From an uncultured virus (IMG/VR IMGVR_UViG_3300046524_000574) (taxonomy: Duplodnaviria; Heunggongvirae; Uroviricota; Caudoviricetes), in IMG/VR virus record IMGVR_UViG_3300046524_000574: a stretch of DNA of 64,000 bases; one strand, 5' to 3'. Positions 55,407 through 64,000 of the stretch are shown here, in pieces. A program made the position numbers and the translations under genes. Below the pieces are notes generated by a model that saw only the letters and a list, made by a program, of their open reading frames with translations, searched no databases and was not told the DNA's origin. Position 1 is the first letter of the stretch. Each line of letters opens with the position of its first letter.

Positions 55407-56045
55407 GTGAGTGTGCCAGAGGTTGTAGTTGTCGATGACCACAGCATGGTGCGCAAAGGCATCGCCATGCTTGTGCAGGAGCTCGGATGGTCGATTTGCT
55501 ATGAAGCGTCCTCGCTTCAGCAGGCGCGCATGGCTGTCCGGACGACGGGTTGGACCATGATGGTGCTGGACCTGCAGTTGCCCGACGGGGACGGGCTCGA
55601 ACTGATTCAGGAGTTGCGCTCGGCTGGCTACAAGCAGCCGATTCTCGTGCACAGCCTGATGCCTGATTCCGCAGCGGCTGGCCGGGTGTTCAAGGTCGGC
55701 GGAAGCGGCTTCATCAACAAGACGTGCGACCCGTCGGAATTCCTTGTGGCTTGCCAGAAGGTGGCCAAAGGCGGCCGGTACGTGAGCCCGGAGTACGCGG
55801 AAGAACTGGTCATGCAGGCGGGCGGCGTGCCGTCGACCAATCCGCATGAAAAGCTCTCGGAACGGGAGTACCAGGTGATGTGTCACCTGGCGGCGGGCAA
55901 GTCACCCTCCGAAGTCGCGGCCGCGCTCAACGTTGAGGTGGGCACCATCTCGACCTTCCGCGCGCGCGTGCTGAAAAAACTCGGGCTGAAAACCAACGCG
56001 GACATCATGCGTTACGCGCTGAGCCGCAAGCTGGTCACCATTTAA
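55407..56045 (+). CDS. NarL/FixJ-family response regulator
   Basis: VVDDHSMVRKG, LDLQLPDGDG, LSEREYQV...TISTFRARVLKKL LuxR HTH; start GTG 55407 (TTG 55389 possible). Confidence 0.92.
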   Translation: MSVPEVVVVDDHSMVRKGIAMLVQELGWSICYEASSLQQARMAVRTTGWTMMVLDLQLPDGDGLELIQELRSAGYKQPILVHSLMPDSAAAGRVFKVGGSGFINKTCDPSEFLVACQKVAKGGRYVSPEYAEELVMQAGGVPSTNPHEKLSEREYQVMCHLAAGKSPSEVAAALNVEVGTISTFRARVLKKLGLKTNADIMRYALSRKLVTI

Positions 56046-56193
56046 GCCGGCGACCGAGGAGGGAGCGTAGACCCTCTTTTTTGACCACCTTGCTTCGACC
56101 GTGGAGCAAAAAAACGCGGTTTTTCCAAGCCTGCAGCCTTCAAGGCAGGGCGCCTCGCGCTATACCACAGCAGACCTCAAGGTATACCGCCAA

Positions 56194-58143
56194 ATGTCCG
56201 CCACATCCACAGCTTTCCTTCGCAAGACCGTCCTCGCTGCTGCCCTGGCTGCCAGCATGTCCGCGTTCGCGTCCAACTATTACGTCGTCGTGCCGGTCCC
56301 CGCGCGCACTGACACGGGCGCCGCCAACATCTCCGTATCCCTGAACGCCTACACACCGCCCGCGGGTTTTGTAGGTGACGCCTACCCGGGTTTCGACTTC
56401 AACCAGGCGCTGCAAGTCACCGGCGACCAGAATTTCAATCCATCGAACGTGCGCTGGCAGGTCTCCGCCGGCGCGCTGCCTGCGGGGCTCACGCTGAACC
56501 CGACCGGCAAACTCACCGGGACACCAACCGCAGCCGGTACATCAAGCTTCGTGGTCACGGCGGTATCCCGCACAAAATCGGGCACGAACACTTTTCAGGT
56601 CAGCGTGACGAACCTGCAGGTGAGTCTCGGCAGTGCGGCATTGCCGAATGCGACCCAGGGCGCAACGTACAGCTACGACATGAAGACGCGCCTGTCGGTG
56701 ACCGGGGACTCGAGCTACTCGGGCGCAGGAGTCAGCTGGAGCATCGCGAGCGGCAACCCTCCCGCGGGCCTGAGCCTGGGCGCGGATGGTGTCATCACAG
56801 GTGTGGCCACCGCAGAAGGCACGTACCCGTTCACGGTGAGGGCCGCATATCGGACGAAGTCCGGCACCCAGGGCTATCAAGTTGTCGTCGGCGCCATCAC
56901 GGTCGGCCTGCAATCGGCTACCTTGCCTGATGCGAAGCAGGGCACAGCTTACAGCTATGACCTCAAGACGCTGCTCACGGTCAGTGGCGACGCAGCCTAC
57001 TCGAGCTCGGGCGTGAGCTGGAGCGTCACGAGTGGTGCGCTGCCCGCCGGCCTCAGCATCGGAGCCGATGGCGTCATCACGGGAAGTGCTACGGCCGAAG
57101 GTACTTTTCCGTTCACGGTGAAGGCCGCGTACAAGACGAAATCGGGCACGCAGGGCTATCAGGTCGTGGTGGGCGCCATCACGGTCGCATTGGCCGCGGC
57201 CACGCCGCCGGGCGGCATCGTGGGCCTGGCCTATAACAATGGTTCGGGTTTCGACCTGAAGCCGTCGGTCAACGTGAACGGCGACGGTGCTTATGCCGGC
57301 ACCGGCGCCGGCGTCACATGGTCGGTGACCGGAGGCGCGTTGCCCGCGGGCATGAGCCTCTCGACTGCCGGCGTCATTGGCGGCACGCCGACGACAACCG
57401 CGGTATCGTCGACTGTCCAGGTGCAGGCCTCGTACAAGGGCAAGACTGCTACCCAGTCGTACTCGCTGCCCATCACTGGGTCCATCAAGCAGTTCAGCGG
57501 ATACCGCGCGTACGCGGACGGTACCTATGCGTCGACTTGCAATGCATATCGCAATCCGAGCGCGCCGCACTACTACCAGGGTGCCACGGGCGACGGCATT
57601 TATCGCATCACGCCGGGCGGTACGCCGTACGACGTGTACTGCGACATGACAACAAACGGCGGTGGCTACACCGTCATCGAAGCGCTGCACGACACCCGGT
57701 ATTACGCGGGCGCCAGCTTCAACGAAGCTCCCGCCGGCTCGCCGCCAGTTCCGGGTGAAGCGAACGGGTCGTACCTGACATCGTCGGTTGCAATTGCCCT
57801 GGCGAATCTGTCGTCGGAAGTGCGTATCTCCGAATACGGCACAAGTAACGCCGCCTGGACGACGAGCGCAACGATGCTGAACAACCTGCGCCAGGGGCTG
57901 CTCGCGAATTACAACACGCAAACGACTTACGACCCGACGTCACTGTGGTCGGTGAGCTCGGCGGGTCTCACGCAGTTCAATACTGCCCAGAGCATTGCCG
58001 GCATGGGAGCCGACAACTACCCAACGATTTTCTGGTCGGGCGGCAACAGCAGCGGGCTGCATGTAACCGGCGGCGGTGGCGTCGCTAACGCATCGTGGCA
58101 CTTCAACATCCAGAACGGTCCGATGGTCGTCAGCTACCGCTGA
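56194..58143 (+). CDS. He_PIG repeat / fibrinogen-hinge variable-tip protein, paralog 9 (4 modules), outside the array
   Basis: Signal peptide, SNYYVVVPVPAR, VYCDMTTNGGGYT, ends VVSYR; CTATAC at 56160-56165. Confidence 0.85.
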   Translation: MSATSTAFLRKTVLAAALAASMSAFASNYYVVVPVPARTDTGAANISVSLNAYTPPAGFVGDAYPGFDFNQALQVTGDQNFNPSNVRWQVSAGALPAGLTLNPTGKLTGTPTAAGTSSFVVTAVSRTKSGTNTFQVSVTNLQVSLGSAALPNATQGATYSYDMKTRLSVTGDSSYSGAGVSWSIASGNPPAGLSLGADGVITGVATAEGTYPFTVRAAYRTKSGTQGYQVVVGAITVGLQSATLPDAKQGTAYSYDLKTLLTVSGDAAYSSSGVSWSVTSGALPAGLSIGADGVITGSATAEGTFPFTVKAAYKTKSGTQGYQVVVGAITVALAAATPPGGIVGLAYNNGSGFDLKPSVNVNGDGAYAGTGAGVTWSVTGGALPAGMSLSTAGVIGGTPTTTAVSSTVQVQASYKGKTATQSYSLPITGSIKQFSGYRAYADGTYASTCNAYRNPSAPHYYQGATGDGIYRITPGGTPYDVYCDMTTNGGGYTVIEALHDTRYYAGASFNEAPAGSPPVPGEANGSYLTSSVAIALANLSSEVRISEYGTSNAAWTTSATMLNNLRQGLLANYNTQTTYDPTSLWSVSSAGLTQFNTAQSIAGMGADNYPTIFWSGGNSSGLHVTGGGGVANASWHFNIQNGPMVVSYR

Positions 58144-58162
58144 GCGGTACCGGGGCAAACAG

Positions 58163-58190
58163 AAAAACGCCGCGAGAGTCTCGCGGCGTT
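58163..58190. terminator. Hairpin between convergent genes
   Basis: aacgccgcgaga-g-tctcgcggcgtt. Confidence 0.7.
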
Positions 58191-58193
58191 GAG

Positions 58194-58706
58194 TTAGTCA
58201 ATCTGCCCAGCCTCTTTCAACCTTTCCGGGCGCAAAACCTTCCACAGTCGACGTAGGGCTAGCCCATCCGGGCAGTTTTTGCGAAGGTCGCAAATCCCGG
58301 AAAGGACGAACAAGGCTCCGAAAATCGACGCCGTATAAACGTGGCTATGCTGGACCAGCAGAAAAAACAACGGTCCCGCACATACGACCGACAATGGGCC
58401 AGCAAGGTACGTCACCAGCACCTGCCACGTGTCCGGAAAATTCCCTTCATCCACGAAAGTCGTGTGGCCCGAGGTAGGCAGCCAGCCCACGGTGATGGAA
58501 TAGCCGAGCACAACTACCTTAAATATCGGCCTGGTTCCAATCCGGATTCCCGTTGACGGAACGCCAAGTAGCGCTCCAGCAACAGCATGGCCGCCTTCAT
58601 GAATGACGAGCATCATGTGCGAAAACAAGAAGTACACGCCAATCGTGAAGGGGTACTGCTTGACCGAATCTTCGATAGCCCACAAGAAAAACTGAAACGA
58701 AACCAT
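58194..58706 (-). CDS. M50 / site-2-protease family membrane metallopeptidase
   Basis: HEGGH in hydrophobic context, LAGP, terminal DG. Confidence 0.75.
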   Translation of the reverse strand: MVSFQFFLWAIEDSVKQYPFTIGVYFLFSHMMLVIHEGGHAVAGALLGVPSTGIRIGTRPIFKVVVLGYSITVGWLPTSGHTTFVDEGNFPDTWQVLVTYLAGPLSVVCAGPLFFLLVQHSHVYTASIFGALFVLSGICDLRKNCPDGLALRRLWKVLRPERLKEAGQID

Positions 58707-58832
58707 TTACGTACCTCAGCAATTGTCCTACCCAGTATAAGGGTCAAGGCGCGTGAAAGCCTTACGCAGCGAGACGGTAGCAATAAAAAAGCGCCCCGAA
58801 GAAGGGCGCTGAGTGAAGAGTTGGTCGACGAG

Positions 58833-59222
58833 TTACTGGTGGGCGCCTACGATGAAAATGCCCAGTTCGTTGGCCGTTTCTTTTGCCTCGGACTTGCGCA
58901 TGTCCCACGGCTGGACCAGGTCGGAACCCGCTTCAGTCACGATGCGCCAGGCAGTCACGAACCAGCCACGCTTCGTGTTAAAGCGTTCCATGCGGTCACG
59001 CTTGAAGTAGCCGACCTTTTTGAAGCCGTCTTCACGCGGGCGGAATGTGTCCAACAGTTCCGCGCCGCCATTGTTGCGCAACTGCTGCAACAGGCACTGG
59101 TCGGAGGCGCTCGTGGTCACGGGATAAATACCGCACATCCAGCTCGAAAAGAGCCTGTCTTTCCAGCCACGTTTGTGTTCGAGAGCGAAACGGTTCAGGG
59201 CGTTAATTTGGTCGATGTTCAT
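58833..59222 (-). CDS. Hypothetical protein
   Basis: GAGGA RBS; minus-strand CTATAC at 59260-59265; terminator at 58785-58810. Confidence 0.65.
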   Translation of the reverse strand: MNIDQINALNRFALEHKRGWKDRLFSSWMCGIYPVTTSASDQCLLQQLRNNGGAELLDTFRPREDGFKKVGYFKRDRMERFNTKRGWFVTAWRIVTEAGSDLVQPWDMRKSEAKETANELGIFIVGAHQ

Positions 59223-59329
59223 GAGATTCCTCGCAAAATAGTAGTTGGCCTGCAGTCCCGTATAGGCCGCGGCCGCCTGAATGAAAAAACCCGGGCAGGT
59301 GCCCGGGTGCGAGGAGTTGCTGAGTCGAA

Positions 59330-60124
59330 TTACTTTGCCGGCTTCGGTGGCTTTTGCGGCAACAATGCGATTTCCGACATCTGGTAGATGAAGACTTCGA
59401 CACTGCGCAACTTGAAACCGCCCGTTGAGCGACCGTGGTGGTTCTCGAACGAGGTGACCTTTGCCGACGGCAGCCGTTGGGCAAAGAGCTTCATGAGTGC
59501 GTCGCGGCTTGCGTCGCAGTCACGAATTTCCCAGTCACGGTCTTCCTCTTCGACCACAAAGCCTCGCTCCTGAAGACTCGCCAGCCACAGTGCCTTGCGC
59601 TCCTTATCCGACACGGGGGTATCCGACTGGAAGCTGAAATCGCCGAACAGCGAGCAGCTGAACTTCACCTTGCAGCCGTACTTGCCGAACGATAGGTCGT
59701 TGATGTGACCGAAACCTTCAAGGTCCCACCAGCTGTTGAGCTGCTCATCGAGCTTCTGCAGGCAGGCTTTCGTCACGTCCGGGCCTTGCGCGGCACCAAG
59801 CTGGGATTCCAGCTCGCGTACGCGCATGTTCGCAGCACGGATACGCGCGAAACGTTGTTCTAGCTCCGCAGCCGAATCGGTCTCGATGGCCAACAGCTTA
59901 CCCAGGTCGGCCATGCGGTGTTCGGCGAGCGACAGGCAATTGGTCGCAAGTCCACGCGGCAGGCCATCCTTGAACACGCTGCTGTCGGGCCCTTTGAGAG
60001 CGCTCGCCATAGTGCCCATCGCCTGCTGCAGCTCCAGGATTTGTCGCAACGCGACGGCCCGCTGGTCGGCGGTTACTGCAATGATGCTGTGGTCTTCGGG
60101 GGGAATGCTGATTTCGAACGTCAT
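59330..60124 (-). CDS. Hypothetical protein with coiled-coil segment
   Basis: AAGGA RBS before ATG 60124; minus-strand CTATAC at 60159-60164; terminator at 59284-59308. Confidence 0.7.
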   Translation of the reverse strand: MTFEISIPPEDHSIIAVTADQRAVALRQILELQQAMGTMASALKGPDSSVFKDGLPRGLATNCLSLAEHRMADLGKLLAIETDSAAELEQRFARIRAANMRVRELESQLGAAQGPDVTKACLQKLDEQLNSWWDLEGFGHINDLSFGKYGCKVKFSCSLFGDFSFQSDTPVSDKERKALWLASLQERGFVVEEEDRDWEIRDCDASRDALMKLFAQRLPSAKVTSFENHHGRSTGGFKLRSVEVFIYQMSEIALLPQKPPKPAK

Positions 60125-60237
60125 GATGTTCCTTTCATAAGTGAGTTGGCCTGACTCCGTATAGCCCGCCAACTCACGGCGGCAATATCTTATTAAATGG
60201 TATACTAAATCAGTTATCTATTCTGGAGTTATCGCAC

Positions 60238-60861
60238 GTGAGCACTGAATCAAACGAGTCCCCATCGTGGGGTTCGCGGCTATTGGGCACCGCAAAGACG
60301 GCGCTGACTTCGATATTCCCTGCGCTTGGTGCCGTTGACGCAGCCAGGGAATTCATCTCGGACGCTGTGGCACAGAAAATCCGTGACGAAGCCTGCGTCA
60401 AGGCTCAGGCGCTGATTGCGCAGGCGCACCGGAAGGTCATCTTCTCCATCGTCTGGCAGAACGGACTGCTCATGCTCTCGATGGTGCCGGTCTACTTCCT
60501 GCGCGCGCAATGGCCGTTCTATGTGGCGTACGCGTGCGTGTTCGGCTACTCCGCGTGGTCGGCATACGAGTATCGCGGCATCATCTGGCGCCTGTGCAAG
60601 ACACGCAGCGTGACTCAGACTCTCGCGCTCGAGGTTCGGGGAGCTATCGAGACCGAGCTGACGTCGCGTCAGTTCTACGAGCGTAAGGCCGTCGAATGGC
60701 TGGGCCCCGACATGAAGCGCCTGGCGGACGACGTCGCGCGTAAGCTCAAGCCCGACGTGCTGATGGCGGGCTTCAACATGGGCTTCACGCTTTTGACGGC
60801 TTTCCTGGCCTTCCGGGTGTTCGTGATTCCGCTGCTCGAGCATCGCGCACTTATGCATTGA
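60238..60861 (+). CDS. Membrane protein
   Basis: GGAG RBS, GTG start, three hydrophobic segments; TGGTATACT upstream. Confidence 0.65.
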   Translation: MSTESNESPSWGSRLLGTAKTALTSIFPALGAVDAAREFISDAVAQKIRDEACVKAQALIAQAHRKVIFSIVWQNGLLMLSMVPVYFLRAQWPFYVAYACVFGYSAWSAYEYRGIIWRLCKTRSVTQTLALEVRGAIETELTSRQFYERKAVEWLGPDMKRLADDVARKLKPDVLMAGFNMGFTLLTAFLAFRVFVIPLLEHRALMH

Positions 60862-60961
60862 CCGGCGGTCCGCGTCCGGCCGTACCCGCGCGATATGGAC
60901 AAAATAGCATTAAAACGCTATAGTATTATTTCCTGCAACCAATCAGTAAAAAGCAAACAGT

Positions 60962-61348
60962 ATGAACACTGCAAGTGCACAAGGTCTCGTTTCGTTCGCC
61001 TTCGACAAGGTCGTGGCCAGTCTGACCGCTGACGAGGTTCGCTGCGCGTTGTCCGCTGCAATGGGCGAGGGCGTGGCGCTGGTCCATGTCGCGTACCCGA
61101 GCGTGGACAGCCGCAACCACAAGAGCCTCGAATCGCTCGTGTCGCAGCTCTCCGGCCACGGTTTTACCGAAACGGCTGCGCTGGTCCACGAAGAAGTCCC
61201 ATATCTCGCATTCAAAGACCTGAGGGAAGCCTTGCACGTGTACCAGGAAATCCAGAAAGACTCGATGGCCATTTCTGCATCGCTGTACTACGGCGGCGTG
61301 AATGGACTGCGCGCCGAAGCTGCCATTCTGCAGGCTACCGGCCAATGA
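60962..61348 (+). CDS. Hypothetical protein coupled to ruvB
   Basis: ATGA overlap with ruvB; no RuvA OB-fold/HhH signature seen. Confidence 0.65.
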   Translation: MNTASAQGLVSFAFDKVVASLTADEVRCALSAAMGEGVALVHVAYPSVDSRNHKSLESLVSQLSGHGFTETAALVHEEVPYLAFKDLREALHVYQEIQKDSMAISASLYYGGVNGLRAEAAILQATGQ

Positions 61349-62562
61349 CCGCTGCGCCGCGCAAACGCCGCTCGAGCGCGAAGGCCAGTGCGGACGCCGC
61401 GCCGGCCGCGGTCGCACCCATCGTCTCTCCTGTTGCGCAAGCCGGTGAGCCGGTCGAAGACCGTGCGCTGCGCCCCAAGCGCCTCGCAGACTACATCGGT
61501 CAGCAGGCGCTGCGCGCGCAGCTTAGCATTTTCCTGAACGCGGCCAAGCATCGCGCTGAGGCGCTCGACCATGTACTGCTGTCCGGCCCGCCGGGCCTGG
61601 GCAAGACGACGCTCGCGCAAATCATCGCTGCCGAGCTCGGGGTCGGGCTCAAGGTGACAACGGGGCCGGTGCTCGAGAAGCCGGGTGACATCGCCGCGCT
61701 GCTCACCGGACTCAATCCGCACGACGTGCTCTTCATCGACGAGATTCACCGGATGCCTCCCGTTGTTGAGGAAATGCTGTACCCGGCGATGGAAGACTAC
61801 AAACTCGACATCCTGGTCGGAGAAGGGCAGGAGGCCCGCACGGTGACCGTGCCGCTGGCTCCCTTCACGCTCGTTGGCGCCACCACGCGTGCGGGCAGTC
61901 TCTCTGCGCCACTGCGCGACCGCTTCGGTATTACCGGGCGCATGGAGTTCTACACCGACGAGGAGCTTGAGGCCATCGTGAACCGCTCGGCGGGGCTTCT
62001 GGGTGTGGGTATGGCCCCTGACGCAGCGCTCGAAGTAGCCCGGCGCTCGCGCGGCACGCCGCGTATTGCCAACCGGCTTCTGCGTCGTGTTCGCGACTAC
62101 GCGACGGTTCTCGGTGCAAACAAGAACGAAGTCGCCTCGCTCGATGCGCAGGCGGCACTTGCGATGCTCGGCGTCGACTCGCGCGGGCTGGATTCGATTG
62201 ACCGCCGGCTGCTTCAGGCCATGGTCGATTTCTATAACGGCGGCCCGGTTGGCCTGAACACGCTTTGCGCTGCCATCAGTGAAGCGGAAGACACGGTGGA
62301 GGATGCGGTCGAGCCGTTCCTCATTCAGCAGGGGCTTCTGCAGCGCACACCGCGCGGCCGCGTCATCACCGAGCTGGGTCGTGAGCATCTCGGCGCCTGT
62401 CCTGGTCAGCCACCCGTGCAGGCCTCGCGCGCTGGTGGCCCGGTGTATGTCGGCGGTATCCATCCGGCCGGGCAAGGGAAGGGCGCAGTGCTGAAGCTGG
62501 ACCCGAGTGGCCTTGGTGTCGTGCGGGACCCGAAAACGGGCGAATACCTTCCGACCTATTGA
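61345..62562 (+). CDS. ruvB: Holliday junction branch migration ATPase RuvB with N- and C-terminal extensions
   Basis: [76 protein letters not shown]...RTPRGR. Confidence 0.95.
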   Translation: MTAAPRKRRSSAKASADAAPAAVAPIVSPVAQAGEPVEDRALRPKRLADYIGQQALRAQLSIFLNAAKHRAEALDHVLLSGPPGLGKTTLAQIIAAELGVGLKVTTGPVLEKPGDIAALLTGLNPHDVLFIDEIHRMPPVVEEMLYPAMEDYKLDILVGEGQEARTVTVPLAPFTLVGATTRAGSLSAPLRDRFGITGRMEFYTDEELEAIVNRSAGLLGVGMAPDAALEVARRSRGTPRIANRLLRRVRDYATVLGANKNEVASLDAQAALAMLGVDSRGLDSIDRRLLQAMVDFYNGGPVGLNTLCAAISEAEDTVEDAVEPFLIQQGLLQRTPRGRVITELGREHLGACPGQPPVQASRAGGPVYVGGIHPAGQGKGAVLKLDPSGLGVVRDPKTGEYLPTY

Positions 62563-62584
62563 ATACATAAACCGGAGCCAGAAG

Positions 62585-62848
62585 ATGACTCGACTCAAGC
62601 AGATGACCCACGGCATGGATGTCGCGTTCTATGAGCGGCTCGCTGTGGTTTTCGCTTACTACGGCGCGATTGTGGCGACGGGTCGTTTCTGGTTGGTTCC
62701 GGCGTTTGTCTGGATGGACCAGCACCATCCCCAGGCTCATGAATACGCGGTGTGGGCCGCGGTCTTGCCGCTTTCGCTTATCGGCGCGGTGCTTCTTGCC
62801 CGGACGCTTACCGCGCCGGCGCCGGCGCATACCCAACACGTGAGGTGA
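62585..62848 (+). CDS. Small membrane protein
   Basis: GGAG RBS; two hydrophobic helices. Confidence 0.55.
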   Translation: MTRLKQMTHGMDVAFYERLAVVFAYYGAIVATGRFWLVPAFVWMDQHHPQAHEYAVWAAVLPLSLIGAVLLARTLTAPAPAHTQHVR

Positions 62849-62853
62849 CCAAA

Positions 62854-63288
62854 ATGGAAAATAACCAGCCTGATTTCACGATGCCTCGTTGGACCGAGGC
62901 TCAAATCGTCAACATCCGACGTAATCTTAGATTCTGGATGGCGAGCTTCACGGCGGTCGCCAGCATCGCGCTGTTCTTCCTGTCGCTGTACAAGCTCGCC
63001 GAAGCGATGGGCGCCATGCCTCAGCCCGCGGTTGTGGTGCTCTTTGCCGCGCTCAGCATCTTTCTCTCGAGCTGTGGAATTCTCCTCGTCTTTCAGCTCG
63101 CGCCGCCGCTGAATCTGCGTCGCTACGCATGGGTGCATGACGAGCAGAACCGGCACCTGGGTCGATTGTGTGCCGAGAATCCCGGGTTACGGCATTACCG
63201 GAACCTCGTGATGGCGCAAGGGCGGCCCATGATGGTCGGCGAGTACCTCGCGATGCGCGCCTGGGTCGTGCGTCAGTCGAAATCGTGA
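62854..63288 (+). CDS. Membrane protein
   Basis: GAGGTG RBS; two hydrophobic helices. Confidence 0.6.
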   Translation: MENNQPDFTMPRWTEAQIVNIRRNLRFWMASFTAVASIALFFLSLYKLAEAMGAMPQPAVVVLFAALSIFLSSCGILLVFQLAPPLNLRRYAWVHDEQNRHLGRLCAENPGLRHYRNLVMAQGRPMMVGEYLAMRAWVVRQSKS

Positions 63289-63350
63289 CCAAAGGCTATA
63301 CGCTCAGGTAGGAACAATTAAACTTGAGTGAATAGCCCAGAGGACACATC

Positions 63351-63851
63351 ATGAAAGAATGGCGAGTACGTGGAAGGCGCGACGGTTCCAGCAAGATTGT
63401 GGAACTCATCGTCGACGCAAAGAGCTGGGCAGGGGCAGTCTCCGAAGCACAATCGGGCGCGCATCAGCTCAAGGTACGTGATGCGGTGCGTATCGACCTC
63501 GAAGCACTGGCAATCGGCCGGCTCATCACTGAGCATGGCTGGATGTCGTATGCGCAGCACCCGTGGAAGTCGTACCGCGATAATCCGATTTTCACCACAA
63601 AAGACTTTCCGACTGCAGTTGGCCCGCAAATGGCAGTGATTCGCCCGATTGTGCCGGACAACGGAATGGGTCAATTGTGGCTCGTTGGCGAATACATCAG
63701 CGAAGGAAACAACGCACTGGTGGGCACGATGGCCATTATCTCGCAAGACGCTGACGACGCTGAGGTATTCAAGCACGTCGACGACTTCGCGGCGCGCGTT
63801 ACGCAGCGCATCTCCGAGACGTATGCGGCACGCCTGCTTAAGGTAGCCTGA
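63351..63851 (+). CDS. Hypothetical protein
   Basis: GAGGA RBS; CTATAC at 63296-63301; terminator agcccagcaa-tc-ttgctgggct at 63874-63903. Confidence 0.65.
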   Translation: MKEWRVRGRRDGSSKIVELIVDAKSWAGAVSEAQSGAHQLKVRDAVRIDLEALAIGRLITEHGWMSYAQHPWKSYRDNPIFTTKDFPTAVGPQMAVIRPIVPDNGMGQLWLVGEYISEGNNALVGTMAIISQDADDAEVFKHVDDFAARVTQRISETYAARLLKVA

Positions 63852-64000
63852 CACACTCTGAAGCAGCATCTCGAGCCCAGCAATCTTGCTGGGCTTTTTC
63901 TTTGAGAGCCAGGCCCGGCGCGGCTCTTGAGACAATCCAACATGCTCTATACCGAATTACGCGAGCGCAAACGCTCATATCGTGTAATCCCGTTGGAGTT

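Overview
GC-rich DNA whose gene content suggests a Burkholderiales large plasmid or other accessory replicon (inference: many small unknown ORFs, lone copies of clpP, ruvB, HU and an RNB-family RNase, decayed flhC/MCP/alkB fragments; no rRNA, tRNA, transposase or CRISPR seen). The main structure is a family of nine paralogous secreted proteins: eight co-oriented within 750-16870 and a ninth at 56194-58143. Each has a Sec signal peptide, a conserved Y(F/Y)VVVPVP mature N-terminus, 2-4 He_PIG/Ig-like stalk modules, a conserved fibrinogen-like C..YCD..GGGW hinge and a highly variable C-terminal tip. One tip is a complete animal-like ficolin/fibrinogen domain. Each of the seven transcription-unit-leading paralogs has CTATAC 27-30 nt before its ATG, and four units end in a GGAGGC-loop-GCCTCC terminator. 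The middle of the window holds an RNA-repair and ADP-ribose/NAD-related set: RtcR, sigma54-driven RtcB, an ATP-dependent RNA ligase, NADAR, a sirtuin and a miniature topoisomerase-IA-like protein. All calls come from reading motifs by eye; no database searches were run.
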